A program made the translations under genes and the position numbers. A stretch of 64,000 nucleotides of DNA, taken from positions 64,413 to 128,412 of the IMG/VR virus record IMGVR_UViG_3300027659_000011. The stretch is one strand, 5' to 3'. This document shows positions 1 to 10,836 of this stretch, piece after piece; position 1 is the stretch's first letter; each line of letters opens with the position of its first letter. Below the pieces are notes generated by a model. The model ran no database searches, was not told the DNA's origin, and saw nothing but the letters and a program-made list of their open reading frames with translations. This DNA is from a virus.

Positions 1-1
1 T

Positions 2-568
2 TCAGGTGTCACAGGGTATCAAGGTGCTTCAGGTGCCACAGGTACAATAGGAGCAACAGGTGCCTCTGGACTAACTGGACAAGGTGTACAAGGTCTACAA
101 GGTACTACAGGTGCTACAGGTGTTACAGGATATCAAGGTGCTACTGGTCAAGGTGCCACAGGCGCATCAGGTGCTAGCGGGTATCAAGGTGCTACAGGTG
201 CCTCTGGGCTAATGGGAGCTACAGGAATAGGAACCTCAGGTCCTGCAGGACCCACAGGTAATATTACTAAAAATTACTTATACTCTGGTAGCTTAACTGT
301 TAATACAGGTACTTTACGTTTTTACCTTGCTAACTCAGCTACTCTTACTAAAATAGTTAGTATTCTTCAAACAGCAGGCTCCTCAGACACTACTTTAGTT
401 GTTAAAAAGAATGGTACTGCTATACAAACTATTACAGTTTCTGCTAGTACAACTACTACTACCTCAAATGTTAGTATTGCTCTTTCAGCCCTCGACTACT
501 TAACAGTAGATATTACTGCCGCAGGAACTTCTGCTGCAAACCTTAATATGACTTTTGTTTACGGATAA
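2..568 (+). CDS. C-terminal part of collagen-like (Gly-X-Y) tail fibre protein, truncated by the window start
   Basis: Frame is open from base 2 with GAT/GAS/GYQ triplets and continues into ORF 212..568. Confidence 0.8.
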   Translation, partial: SGVTGYQGASGATGTIGATGASGLTGQGVQGLQGTTGATGVTGYQGATGQGATGASGASGYQGATGASGLMGATGIGTSGPAGPTGNITKNYLYSGSLTVNTGTLRFYLANSATLTKIVSILQTAGSSDTTLVVKKNGTAIQTITVSASTTTTTSNVSIALSALDYLTVDITAAGTSAANLNMTFVYG

Positions 569-574
569 AATAAC

Positions 575-928
575 ATGAATTATAAATCAATTGTCCAACA
601 TTTAAACTTTCCTGAGTTTTATCAAACTCGTACTGAATGGGAATATTTATATATAATACCTACAGAAACTTGTCATACGTTACAAGATTTTTGCAATTTA
701 ATTACTGAGTACGGTATAAACTGCCAAGAAATAAAAATACACTCTACAGATCAAACCAGTTGGTACGTTATGTTTAAAAAAGGTGGATCTATTAAACCAG
801 ATTTTCCAGGTCAAGTTATAGTAGCAGAGTATACAGAAGATCCAGCGGTTGATACTCCTGTTCAACCAGAATTATACGTACCAGCAGAGGTACCTGAAGA
901 TACAGCTACCCCTACAGTAGGAACATAA
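575..928 (+). CDS. hypothetical protein (possible tail fibre assembly factor)
   Basis: 117 aa ORF tightly packed between fibre genes. Confidence 0.6.
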   Translation: MNYKSIVQHLNFPEFYQTRTEWEYLYIIPTETCHTLQDFCNLITEYGINCQEIKIHSTDQTSWYVMFKKGGSIKPDFPGQVIVAEYTEDPAVDTPVQPELYVPAEVPEDTATPTVGT

Positions 929-929
929 A

Positions 930-2222
930 ATGTTTATAAAATTACTTTTTCATACCGGAACTAATCCACAGTATACTTTTAAAATATTAGATTATTTAAT
1001 TAATCAAAGACCAGCTACAGGTACTAATTTAAAGACTTTGGTAACCGCAGCTAATGCAACTTTAGGTGCACTTATTGATGGAACAAATAGTGCTATATGG
1101 AATAGTGGCACAGGTATAACTGCACTTACCAGCAATACTAAATCTGTTTTTTATAAACCTACTACTAGTGCGTGGGCGTATAGCTGGAACATAGAACTTG
1201 CTGGATATGATAGGCCCAACAACGATAAACACGTAGTGCAATTTTCAGACCCTGGAGCTTATAATGAATCTTATGGGTCTAGCGCACCTTATGTATATAA
1301 TTTTTGGAATACTGCAGGTACATCAATCAGCACGCTAACTGGTGAGGCTATAGGTACTATTAATTTTGGTACCTCTACTACAAGTGGCTCAGGCACTTTA
1401 ACATTAACAAATCAATCTCCTGCTTCTCCAGCTAGTGGTTTTTATGATAGCAGTTTCATGGGTACTAGTTTAACAGGTGCAGTTATGTACATAACTGATA
1501 ACTGTTTTATGTTTAGTTTTAACGGAGCCGGTGTAAAAAGAGAAAATGGATTTCCTGCAGGCGCACACCTTGACAATACAAGTTACTATAGAGGCATACA
1601 TTTTGTAGGACAATACACAAGAACAGATCCTTGGAATACTGCTGCTAATAATGTACCACCTTTTGTATGCTCTCAACATGGTAGTCCAAACAAATATGGT
1701 ATGGGATTTTTAGCTAGTTTAAATCAAGTGTCCGCTTATCAAAATGTTCGCGGTAATAACCCCGGTGTTGCAGCTTTAGTTGCTGATCGTCAATTAGATA
1801 ATAGCTATAGTAGTACTAATAGTACACAACCTTGGGTAGCAAATAAACCTGTTAATTTTGGTTGTGGTAATAGATTTAACGATTGCTGGGGATTAGGTGA
1901 AAGTAATATTGAGCAATACTATAATAGTCAGTTCAATTACAGAGATGGTGCTAATGTTGGGGCTCCTTTAACCAGAACAGCAGGTACAAGGTATCTTTCC
2001 AGTGATTTAAAATCTACTAGCTATGCCTTACTACCTCTTACTTGGGCTAATGCCTGGTATAATAATACTGGTGGCAATATATCTGATAAAACTGGTGTAT
2101 TCTGGTTTAATGGGGACTACTTTCCAGGAGATATATTAACATCAGGTACAAAAACTTATATTTTATGGCCTGGTGCCTTCTCACATACTGAAAGAATAGC
2201 ACTAGCAGTGCCAAGGGAATAA
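930..2222 (+). CDS. putative virion/tail-associated protein, paralog of 2226..3476
   Basis: Shares MxIxL N-terminus, YITDxCF, QYTRxDxWNT and ALLPLTW...FNGxYxPGD...ILWP...AVPxE motifs with the next ORF. Confidence 0.65.
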   Translation: MFIKLLFHTGTNPQYTFKILDYLINQRPATGTNLKTLVTAANATLGALIDGTNSAIWNSGTGITALTSNTKSVFYKPTTSAWAYSWNIELAGYDRPNNDKHVVQFSDPGAYNESYGSSAPYVYNFWNTAGTSISTLTGEAIGTINFGTSTTSGSGTLTLTNQSPASPASGFYDSSFMGTSLTGAVMYITDNCFMFSFNGAGVKRENGFPAGAHLDNTSYYRGIHFVGQYTRTDPWNTAANNVPPFVCSQHGSPNKYGMGFLASLNQVSAYQNVRGNNPGVAALVADRQLDNSYSSTNSTQPWVANKPVNFGCGNRFNDCWGLGESNIEQYYNSQFNYRDGANVGAPLTRTAGTRYLSSDLKSTSYALLPLTWANAWYNNTGGNISDKTGVFWFNGDYFPGDILTSGTKTYILWPGAFSHTERIALAVPRE

Positions 2223-2225
2223 AAA

Positions 2226-3476
2226 ATGTATATAAGATTAATTTATACTGCGGATAAGAATTTAGAACAACTACTTAGAACACTTGCCTATATTATAAAT
2301 ACTCCCACAATTACTAGTGCCGGAACCCTTAATACTGCTTTATCTAATACAGGTATATTTGCCTCAGATATCGGTTCAGGGTTTGACTCCAGTAATAGTG
2401 AAATAATTAGAACTGTAAATTTAAGTAGTACCGTAGCACATATAGCAAAACCTGCTATGAGTAATACTATTAATTTCACACTAGAACAGTCTGTGTATGA
2501 CGCACCAAGTACTAAATACTACTATCAAATAAACCAAATAAACTACTCAGGTGCTGCCCCAAATGTCATGATGGGAAATGGCTTAACTGGTGGAACAATA
2601 ACTAGTAGTCAACTACCACAAACTCAAGCTTCAAGCTCAGCTACTGCTGCTGGTACACTATTAAGTTTAGTTAATAGTAGTTTTGATTATGGTCAGCAAC
2701 AAGCTATAGCAGGTCAAACAAGTTGGCGAGCTTTACATGTATATATAACTGATAAATGTTTTTTGTGGGGTATTAGTGTAGCTGGTGGTCCTACAGGTGT
2801 AGGCTGGAGTGGAACATATAATAATAATGGTAATTACACAGTATCAGGTTTAGGTTGCTGGCAATACACTAGATTAGATCATTGGAATACTGATGCAAAT
2901 GGTATAATACCTGTAGCTGGTGCAAGAATGACAGGTGTAGGTTCAGGAATATATAGTAACAGTAGTCATTGGACTACTGTTACTAATACATCTCCAAGTG
3001 GTGGTGCCTATGTTAATTCATACTATAATTTCTTAAAGGTGTTTAATTTAATAAACTATAACCCAACCTCTACTACCGGTAGTTTTACCAGAGAGTTTAA
3101 CAGATACGTTGCTCACGGATTAGGAGGTATAAGAACCTCAGAAACTAAAGGTCATACAGTTAGTCTAGATCAATCATATACAGGTATGGAAAATGCTGTA
3201 ACTACAAATAAAAGTATTAGTGTTACTGCTGGTGAAAAAGTAGCTAATGCTACAAATACGGGTATGGCTTTTGCCCTATTACCTCTTACATGGACTATGT
3301 CTGGAGGTTCATGTTGGGGAGGTGGAGATATATCTGCTCAGTCGGGGTTTTATATATTTAATGGTGAATATGCTCCAGGAGATACCCTTACATATAGCGG
3401 AAAAACATTTATATTGTGGCCAACTAATCTAGGTCCTGTTACTAGTAGGCTTGCAATAGCTGTGCCAAAGGAGTAA
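2226..3476 (+). CDS. putative virion/tail-associated protein, paralog of 930..2222
   Basis: Same shared motifs; S/T/G/N-rich. Confidence 0.65.
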   Translation: MYIRLIYTADKNLEQLLRTLAYIINTPTITSAGTLNTALSNTGIFASDIGSGFDSSNSEIIRTVNLSSTVAHIAKPAMSNTINFTLEQSVYDAPSTKYYYQINQINYSGAAPNVMMGNGLTGGTITSSQLPQTQASSSATAAGTLLSLVNSSFDYGQQQAIAGQTSWRALHVYITDKCFLWGISVAGGPTGVGWSGTYNNNGNYTVSGLGCWQYTRLDHWNTDANGIIPVAGARMTGVGSGIYSNSSHWTTVTNTSPSGGAYVNSYYNFLKVFNLINYNPTSTTGSFTREFNRYVAHGLGGIRTSETKGHTVSLDQSYTGMENAVTTNKSISVTAGEKVANATNTGMAFALLPLTWTMSGGSCWGGGDISAQSGFYIFNGEYAPGDTLTYSGKTFILWPTNLGPVTSRLAIAVPKE

Positions 3477-3480
3477 GTAG

Positions 3481-4533
3481 ATGGCTGTTATAACTGCTTT
3501 TGAACCATACTTACTTCAAACTAGTTCCATAATACCTGTACAGCCTGTTACATTTAATACAATGACTAACAGTAACCCAGTTTTTGTAGCATTAACCCAA
3601 ACTAACTCAACCATACCAGTAACCCCAATTAACCCTACCCAACAAGTTAATTTTAGAAACGCAAATTTTTCAGGCGGCTCAGCTAGGATTACAGAAGGTT
3701 TAACTATTACAGACGCTGGTAATACTATAAATCTAGGAGCTAATGCAACTGTTGAATTATGGTTATGGGCTGACGAACTTCCAACTGCTGCGTCTAATCT
3801 TATTATTCCTATTATTGCAAAACGTGATAATACAAGTACTTCACCACCTAACTGGTTATTTCTATACTTTGACAGTAACGGATATTTAACCTTACAAGTA
3901 TCTTCCGCCTCAGTTGCAGGAGCCTGGGGTTTATCACAAACAGGTACCAGAGGTATTAGTCCTGCAAGATGGAATCATATTGCTATAGTTAGACAAACTA
4001 CTTCAACTTGGACAGTATATCTTAATGGAGAGTTTTATTTAAGCGGTACTGTTGCAGGAGCTATTAATAATACTACTACTACATTAGTATTAGGAGCAGC
4101 AGATAGTACTCGGTCAGTAATTGGTACTATTGGAAGATTAAGTGGCTATATAGATGGTTTAAGAATAAATACTACAACTGCAGTATATACTTCTGCTTTT
4201 GCACCTACTTATACTATTGCTCCAACAGTTACTCAAGATGCAAATGTTTACAATAATCCAAGTGCAGCTATTGCGTCAGGTACTGTACTAGTATTCGACC
4301 CTCAGTTCGGAGGTACTTTTAGTGATTTAACAGGTACAACAAGAACATTTACTGGAGGATCCACACACTGGTTAACTCCTTTTGAAGGTGCAGTATCTAG
4401 CTCAGGCATAGCAAAACAAGTTGATCAAACTAATAAATCAATACCAGTAACCAACATATCTCCGTTTACACAAACTATTGGTGGCGGTGGTACTGTTGTT
4501 AGTGCTACTACTTTCACAGAAATGTGGATCTAA
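3481..4533 (+). CDS. LamG/concanavalin A-like lectin domain tail protein
   Basis: TVELW...WNHIAIVR...VYLNG...GYIDGLRI pattern typical of LamG domains. Confidence 0.75.
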   Translation: MAVITAFEPYLLQTSSIIPVQPVTFNTMTNSNPVFVALTQTNSTIPVTPINPTQQVNFRNANFSGGSARITEGLTITDAGNTINLGANATVELWLWADELPTAASNLIIPIIAKRDNTSTSPPNWLFLYFDSNGYLTLQVSSASVAGAWGLSQTGTRGISPARWNHIAIVRQTTSTWTVYLNGEFYLSGTVAGAINNTTTTLVLGAADSTRSVIGTIGRLSGYIDGLRINTTTAVYTSAFAPTYTIAPTVTQDANVYNNPSAAIASGTVLVFDPQFGGTFSDLTGTTRTFTGGSTHWLTPFEGAVSSSGIAKQVDQTNKSIPVTNISPFTQTIGGGGTVVSATTFTEMWI

Positions 4534-4539
4534 CTCAGA

Positions 4540-4578
4540 TTCCCGTACTCTAAGTTTTTAGGGGGCGGGAATTTTTTT
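4540..4578 (+). terminator. intrinsic terminator
   Basis: ttcccg...cgggaa stem followed by a T-run after the LamG gene. Confidence 0.6.
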
Positions 4579-4581
4579 ATC

Positions 4582-4610
4582 TTGACACTAATAGCCCAAC
4601 ATGGTATAAT
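4582..4610 (+). promoter_or_regulatory. consensus sigma70 promoter
   Basis: TTGACA-17 nt-TATAAT. Confidence 0.85.
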
Positions 4611-4672
4611 AGAACAAAATTATAGAGGCGTGCTGAATTTACGCTTAAAATATATTAAAGAAAGCGCCGATT

Positions 4673-5026
4673 ATGGAACCAAATGATTTTAATACGGGTT
4701 CAGGCATACTTGTAGGTCTAGGGTTTACTTTAATAAGTATCTCATTTGGCATACAACAATTGGTTAAAGCCTGGAGAAATAACGCAGCTGAGTCAGCTTT
4801 AGTAAAAATGATGCAAGAAGAGTTAGCTCGTATGAGTCAACAAAATACTGCTCTTTCTAATGAAATTGGAAATCTACAAACAGAATTAATTCGTTTGAGT
4901 CAACAATTAACTGATCTAACTATAGAGAATCAGAAACTACAATTAGAAGTTTCTATTTTGAACAAAGAAATTGCCAGACTACATATACTTATGTCTGGGC
5001 CTAATAGTATTGGAGCAAAGAAATGA
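4673..5026 (+). CDS. membrane-anchored coiled-coil protein
   Basis: N-terminal hydrophobic segment followed by heptad Leu repeats. Confidence 0.65.
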   Translation: MEPNDFNTGSGILVGLGFTLISISFGIQQLVKAWRNNAAESALVKMMQEELARMSQQNTALSNEIGNLQTELIRLSQQLTDLTIENQKLQLEVSILNKEIARLHILMSGPNSIGAKK

Positions 5027-5616
5027 CAACACCTGCAAAAATAAATTTTAAAGTTTATCAAGGCAGTACTTTTTCTGAGGTTCTAAGATGGGAAAGTCCT
5101 ACAAAAGTATATAAAAATATCTCTGCGATTACTCAAGCAGCTCCAATGGTTATTACTACTACTACAGCACACGGACTACCACCTAACTGGAGAATGAAAG
5201 TAACAAATGTGCTCGGTATGACAGATATTAACTCTACCGATAACTATCAAATAGCTACAGATGTTACTTCAACAGCAATTACTATAAACTCAATAAACTC
5301 TTTAAGTTATAAGACTTATATAAGTGGTGGTGTAGTAGAATATAATCAACCTGTAGATCTAACAGGATACACTGGTAGGATGCAGATACGATCTGATATT
5401 GACAGTGGGACAGTTATTGCAGAACTAACTACTGCTAATGGTGGTGTCTTAATAGATAACACTTTAAAAACTATTACTTTAACCTTACCCGCATTAACTA
5501 CAACAGGTTTTTTATTTACAACAGCAGTATACGATCTAGAACTAATATCCTCAGGTAACCAAGTAACTCAATTTTGCGGTGGTATTATAACACTGTTCAA
5601 AGAGGTAACTAGATGA
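5023..5616 (+). CDS. putative tail/baseplate adaptor protein
   Basis: YQGSTF...[14 protein letters not shown]...AVYDLEL motif family common beside phage fibre genes. Confidence 0.6.
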   Translation: MTTPAKINFKVYQGSTFSEVLRWESPTKVYKNISAITQAAPMVITTTTAHGLPPNWRMKVTNVLGMTDINSTDNYQIATDVTSTAITINSINSLSYKTYISGGVVEYNQPVDLTGYTGRMQIRSDIDSGTVIAELTTANGGVLIDNTLKTITLTLPALTTTGFLFTTAVYDLELISSGNQVTQFCGGIITLFKEVTR

Positions 5617-6944
5617 CCACTGAATTTATAGTAATTGAAACAGATAGTACCGAAACCGTATTAAATAATGATATTACTATAGTATTAGTAGACACTAATG
5701 TTTTACAAACTGTTATTGTACCAGTTACTGAAATAGTAGCTACACAACGAAAAGTTATTGAAACAGCTTCGTATATATCAGAATCAACAGTAGCCTTACA
5801 AACTACTGTACTATCTCCTGTAATTGCTTCAGGAGCACAAGGTCCACAAGGTCCACCAGGTAGAGATGGATCAGCAGTTGCTCAAGGATGGCAAGGTGCT
5901 ACAGGATCTGAAGGTGCCCCAGGACCTCCAGGAGGGCCTATAGGTGCTACAGGAGCTAGTGGTTTACAAGGCGAAATAGGTGCTACAGGTGCTACAGGTG
6001 CAAGTGGTGTTACAGGATTTACAGGTGCTACAGGTGCAAGTGGTGTTACAGGATTTACAGGTGCTACAGGTGCAAGTGGTGTTACAGGATTTACAGGTGC
6101 TACAGGTGCAAGTGGTGTTACAGGATTTACAGGTGCCACAGGTAGTTCTGGTATACAAGGTATACAAGGTATACAAGGTTATGTAGGTGCCACAGGTAGT
6201 TCTGGTATACAAGGATTTACAGGTGCCACAGGTAGTTCTGGTATACAAGGTATACAAGGTATTCAAGGTTATATAGGTGCTACAGGTAGTTCTGGTATAC
6301 AGGGCATACAAGGTGCCACAGGTGAAAAAGGTGATTCAGGTCTGGGCTTTTCAATAGCTAAGACTTATATTTCAGTAGCAGCTTTAATGGCCGATACTAT
6401 ACCCACAGGTATTTTAGTAGGTCAATTTGCTATAATTGATACTGGATCAGTAGAAGATCTTGAAACAAATAAATTATATATATGGACAGGTGTAGCTTAT
6501 AACTATATAAGTGATCTGTCTGGTGCTCAAGGTATTAAAGGTCATACAGGTAGTACGGGTATACAAGGTATACAAGGTTATATAGGTGCTACAGGCAGTA
6601 CAGGTATACAAGGTATACAAGGTACAACAGGTCCTCAAGGTACAACAGGTCCAATAGGTTATATTGGAGCCACAGGTAGTTCTGGTATACAGGGTATACA
6701 AGGAGCAACAGGCCCGCAAGGTATACAAGGTATACAAGGTGCAACAGGCTTGCAAGGTGCAACAGGCCCGCAAGGTGCAACAGGTTTTACTGGTGCAACA
6801 GGTTTTTCAAAGATTAGTGAAGCTACAGATGTTGATAAAGATCAACTAAGTGACGGCTCTTTATTAATTTATGATAATAATACGTCCAAGTGGACGACAA
6901 AGAAACTATTAGACTCACAATCGGTTGATTGTGGACTATTTTAA
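5613..6944 (+). CDS. collagen-like tail fibre protein
   Basis: Long Gly-X-Y tracts (GAT, GIQ, GPQ). Confidence 0.8.
   Translation: MTTEFIVIETDSTETVLNNDITIVLVDTNVLQTVIVPVTEIVATQRKVIETASYISESTVALQTTVLSPVIASGAQGPQGPPGRDGSAVAQGWQGATGSEGAPGPPGGPIGATGASGLQGEIGATGATGASGVTGFTGATGASGVTGFTGATGASGVTGFTGATGASGVTGFTGATGSSGIQGIQGIQGYVGATGSSGIQGFTGATGSSGIQGIQGIQGYIGATGSSGIQGIQGATGEKGDSGLGFSIAKTYISVAALMADTIPTGILVGQFAIIDTGSVEDLETNKLYIWTGVAYNYISDLSGAQGIKGHTGSTGIQGIQGYIGATGSTGIQGIQGTTGPQGTTGPIGYIGATGSSGIQGIQGATGPQGIQGIQGATGLQGATGPQGATGFTGATGFSKISEATDVDKDQLSDGSLLIYDNNTSKWTTKKLLDSQSVDCGLF
5985..6128 (+). repeat. 4 perfect 36-bp tandem repeats ([12 protein letters not shown])
   Basis: acaggtgctacaggtgcaagtggtgttacaggattt x4. 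Confidence 0.9.
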
Positions 6945-6956
6945 AAGGACATATAA

Positions 6957-8993
6957 ATGGCTGCTATTTTAAAAATCAAGCGTGGTCTAACGAGTACTTC
7001 GATCCCCACGCTTGCAACAGGTGAACTTGGTTATTCAATGGGCGTTGGCACTAGTGCCAATGGTGGAGACAGGTTATACATAGGTACAGGAGTTGAAACC
7101 GCAGGAGCTGCAGCTAGTGTAGTTGCAATTGGTGGTAAATACTTTACTGAATTACTAAAACAAACTCCCGGTATACTCACAGCATCTGCTGCAATTATTG
7201 TAGATGCAAATAAAAAGATAGATGAATTATTAGTTGATAATTTATCTTTAAATGGTAATACTTTAAGCACTACAGATACTAACGGAGACTTATATTTAAA
7301 TCCTAATGGTACAGGTAGAGTTTCAATAGCTAATGCTTTTAAACTACCACGTACAGATGGTACAGCAAATCAAGTTCTAAAAACAGATGGTGCTGGTAAT
7401 GTAACTTGGGGCAGTGCTGCAGCAAGTGGCGTAACTTCTATTGATGCTAGTGGTGGTACTACAGGATTAACATTCTCTGGTGGGCCAATTACCTCAACCG
7501 GTACATTAACCTTAGCTGGTACTCTTGCAGTAGCCAATGGTGGTACTGGAGTAACTACTAAAACAGGTACAGGTTCAGTTGTTCTATCCGATAGCCCAAC
7601 TTTAGTAACTCCTAATCTTGGTACTCCAACTACTCTAGTCCTTACTAGTGCAACAGGATTACCAGTTGCAACAGGTATCTCAGGATTAGGTGCTGGTGTT
7701 GCTACTGCTCTTGCTGCAGCAACTGGAGCCGCAGGTGGATTTATTACTGTTGGTAGTGCATTAGGTACTCCTTCAAGTATTACACTTACAAACGGTACAG
7801 GCCTTCCTGTTTCAACAGGTATTTCAGGATTAGGTACTGGAGTTTCTACTGCTCTTGGAATTAATACTGGTAGTGCAGGTGCTTTCCTTGTTGATGGCGG
7901 TGCATTAGGTACTCCTTCTTCGGGTACACTTACAAATGCAACAGGTCTTCCAGTTGCAACAGGTATTTCAGGATTAGGTGCAAATGTTGCCTCCTTCTTA
8001 GCAACTCCTTCAAGCTCTAACTTAGCTGCAGCACTTACCACAAAAACTGGTACAGGCTCGGTGGTATTTGGAACATCTCCAACTATTACTACTAGCATTG
8101 TTGCTGGTGGAGCAAGTTTTGACTTATTAAATACTGTAGCAACTACAGTTAACTTTGCTGGTGCAGCTACTGCCTTAAGTATTGGTGCTATCACTGGCAC
8201 AACTACTGTTAATAATGATATTGTCTTAAAAGGCACTACAACAGTAGGTGGACACATCTTACCAGATGTTGATTCCGTAACTGATTTAGGTTCTAGTTCT
8301 AAACGTTTCCGTACTATATTCTTAAAAGGATCAACTATTGATCTAGGCGGAGCCACAATGTCTGGTTCTGCTGTTGGTGGCGTAACCATGACCAGCCTCA
8401 ATGGCACCCCTATCGGTGACGTTGTTCAAAGCACTGGTAAATTTACAACTTTAGAGAGTACTGGTAATGTCATAGTTGGTGGTAACTTAACAGTTAACGG
8501 AACTCTTACCTCCATCAACACAACAGCAGTTGAAGTTACTGATAAGACACTTGAACTTGGTAAAACAGTTACTCCAACAGAAGTTACTGCTAACGGTTCC
8601 GGTATCTTTGTAACAGGCACTAGTGAACACAGTTTCTTATACAACAGTACTACCACAAGCTGGAATTCCTCAGAACACTTAAATATAGCAACAGGTAAAG
8701 TATACGCAATTAATGGTGTATCAGTACTTGAAGCAACTACCCTAGGTACATCAGTTACTGGTTCTAGTTTAACTAGTGTTGGTATACTAACAACAGGTAC
8801 TTGGTCAGCAACTAATATTGCTATGAACAAAGGTGGTACAGGTTCTAGTTTAACAGCAGTTAATGGTGGTATTACTTACTCAACTGGTTCAGCACTAGCT
8901 ATTAGCGCTGCAGGTACTTCAGGTCAGTTTTTCGTATCAGGTGGAGCAGGTGCCCCAACTTGGACAGATACTATTGATGGTGGAACATATTAA
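6957..8993 (+). CDS. tail fibre-like protein
   Basis: IKIKR...LATGELGY N-terminus, internal LGTP..TL..TGLPV.TGISGLG repeats, IDGGTY C-terminus. Confidence 0.75.
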   Translation: MAAILKIKRGLTSTSIPTLATGELGYSMGVGTSANGGDRLYIGTGVETAGAAASVVAIGGKYFTELLKQTPGILTASAAIIVDANKKIDELLVDNLSLNGNTLSTTDTNGDLYLNPNGTGRVSIANAFKLPRTDGTANQVLKTDGAGNVTWGSAAASGVTSIDASGGTTGLTFSGGPITSTGTLTLAGTLAVANGGTGVTTKTGTGSVVLSDSPTLVTPNLGTPTTLVLTSATGLPVATGISGLGAGVATALAAATGAAGGFITVGSALGTPSSITLTNGTGLPVSTGISGLGTGVSTALGINTGSAGAFLVDGGALGTPSSGTLTNATGLPVATGISGLGANVASFLATPSSSNLAAALTTKTGTGSVVFGTSPTITTSIVAGGASFDLLNTVATTVNFAGAATALSIGAITGTTTVNNDIVLKGTTTVGGHILPDVDSVTDLGSSSKRFRTIFLKGSTIDLGGATMSGSAVGGVTMTSLNGTPIGDVVQSTGKFTTLESTGNVIVGGNLTVNGTLTSINTTAVEVTDKTLELGKTVTPTEVTANGSGIFVTGTSEHSFLYNSTTTSWNSSEHLNIATGKVYAINGVSVLEATTLGTSVTGSSLTSVGILTTGTWSATNIAMNKGGTGSSLTAVNGGITYSTGSALAISAAGTSGQFFVSGGAGAPTWTDTIDGGTY

Positions 8994-9054
8994 TTAAAAA
9001 ATATATACAGGTGATTTTTCACCTTTTAGATAACTTGCCTTTTTAGGATACTAA

Positions 9055-10836
9055 ATGTCTAATATTGCTCTTAAAAAATCTTCAGTAAGTGGCAGAGTGC
9101 CTCTTATTGGAGATCTAGCGTATGGGGAACTTGCGCTTAACTATGCAGATGGATTACTGTATTTTAAAAATTCTGTTAATCAAATAAAAGCTTTTAAGTC
9201 TAAAGGATTAGAAGTATCCAGTATTACTGGAACTACTCAAGGCACACCTTTTACAGAAGTAACAAGATTAGTATTTGATGAAGACACAGGGTTTAATTTA
9301 ACTGAATTGTCTGCTGGCGTAGTTAAGGTTGCATTAGGTTCTACATTTAAAACCTGGAAAATAACAGGGCAAAGTGATTTAGTAGCTGTAGGTGAAGATA
9401 CCATACAAATTGTAGCTGGTACAGGAATATCTCTTACCACAGATCCAAATTCAGCAATAAAAAAATTAACAATTAGTTCCACTGTCAGCGCAACCACAAC
9501 AGAATTTGCTTTTCAAAATGTAGGCTTTAACTACTCAGTTACTGGATTTGATGATACTACGTATCCCACACTAACTTTAGTTAGGGGAGAGTTATACTAC
9601 TTTAATTTTACTAATGTTAACAGCACTCATCCGATTGCATTGAGATTAGACAGCGGTAGTGTTTCTCCAGTACCTGGTACTACAGGAAATAACCCTACTT
9701 CAGGGGTTTACGGAAATGGTACAACATCAACAATAGTAGCATATCAAGTACCTCTTGATGCGCCTGCAGTAATATACTATCAATGCGTATTCCACTCTGG
9801 AATGATTGGTGAAATTAACATTATTGGTGGTGGTAGTGTAAGATCAACCAGTGTGGTAAGTGCCAACGGTTTCGCAGGAACAGTAGCAACAAGTACTACA
9901 ACACCAGCTATTACAATTACCACTAGTATAAATGGTATACTAAAAGGTAATGGTACCGCATTATTATCTGCCTCAAGTGGTGTTGATTATGCTCCTGGTA
10001 CTAGTACACTAGCAACTGGTATTATTAAAAGTACAACTGCTACAGGTGTATTGACAATTGCTGCTGCAGGAACTGACTATCAGGCTCCAATAGGCACAAT
10101 TACAGGATTAGTTAAAGGTAATGGAGCAAATGCTCTTACTTCTGCTATAGCCGGTACTGATTATCAGATTCCAATAGGCACAATTACAGGATTAGTTAAA
10201 GGTAATGGAGCAAATGCCCTTACTGCTGCTATAGCTGGTACTGATTATCAGTCAGCACAGAGTGTTAGTGGTATTGTAAAGTCAAGCGGTACAACCCGTT
10301 CAGCAGCAATAAGTGGCGTTGATTATGCCCCTGGTACTAGCACACTAGCAACTGGTATTATTAAAAGTATAACTGCTACAGGTGCATTAACAATTGCTAG
10401 TGCAGGGACTGATTATCAAGCTCCAGTGAGTGTTACAGGTATTTTAAAAAGTAGTGGTGTAAGCGGTAATGTTAGTGCGGCTATAGCCGGTACAGATTAT
10501 CAAACACCTATTACATTAACTACAATTGGATCAAGCGGTGCAGCTAGTTTAATTGGTAATATTTTAAATATACCGCAGTACTCAGGAGGTAGCAGTGGTG
10601 GTTTAGCTGATGCATTTAGCACTTTAGCAGTTAATGGGCAAACAAGTTTAGTAGCAACAGGACAATCAACGTTACAAATTGTTGCAGGACCTGGTATTAT
10701 AATTAATACTAATAACGCAATAAGTCCAAAAAGTTTAACATTAACAAGTACACTTCAAGGGATCAATTTAGATGGCGGACGCCCTGATTCTGTTTATGGT
10801 GGTTCACCCTTAATTGATGGTGGGGGAGTAATTTAA
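9055..10836 (+). CDS. tail fibre-like protein with cupredoxin-like insert and AIAGTDYQ repeats
   Basis: LAYGELALNYADG N-terminus; HP...YYQCVFHSGM motif; repeated AGTDYQ. Confidence 0.7.
   Translation: MSNIALKKSSVSGRVPLIGDLAYGELALNYADGLLYFKNSVNQIKAFKSKGLEVSSITGTTQGTPFTEVTRLVFDEDTGFNLTELSAGVVKVALGSTFKTWKITGQSDLVAVGEDTIQIVAGTGISLTTDPNSAIKKLTISSTVSATTTEFAFQNVGFNYSVTGFDDTTYPTLTLVRGELYYFNFTNVNSTHPIALRLDSGSVSPVPGTTGNNPTSGVYGNGTTSTIVAYQVPLDAPAVIYYQCVFHSGMIGEINIIGGGSVRSTSVVSANGFAGTVATSTTTPAITITTSINGILKGNGTALLSASSGVDYAPGTSTLATGIIKSTTATGVLTIAAAGTDYQAPIGTITGLVKGNGANALTSAIAGTDYQIPIGTITGLVKGNGANALTAAIAGTDYQSAQSVSGIVKSSGTTRSAAISGVDYAPGTSTLATGIIKSITATGALTIASAGTDYQAPVSVTGILKSSGVSGNVSAAIAGTDYQTPITLTTIGSSGAASLIGNILNIPQYSGGSSGGLADAFSTLAVNGQTSLVATGQSTLQIVAGPGIIINTNNAISPKSLTLTSTLQGINLDGGRPDSVYGGSPLIDGGGVI

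Noticed and set aside
5985-6320. Repeats as a possible CRISPR array
   Set aside because: In-frame coding repeats without unique spacers; no cas genes
5882-6849. Alternative-frame and antisense ORFs over the collagen gene
   Set aside because: Shadows of the Gly-X-Y codon repeat
7370-8830. Long antisense ORFs (345 and 134 aa) opposite the tail fibre
   Set aside because: Explained by codon bias of a Gly/Thr/Ala-rich sense gene
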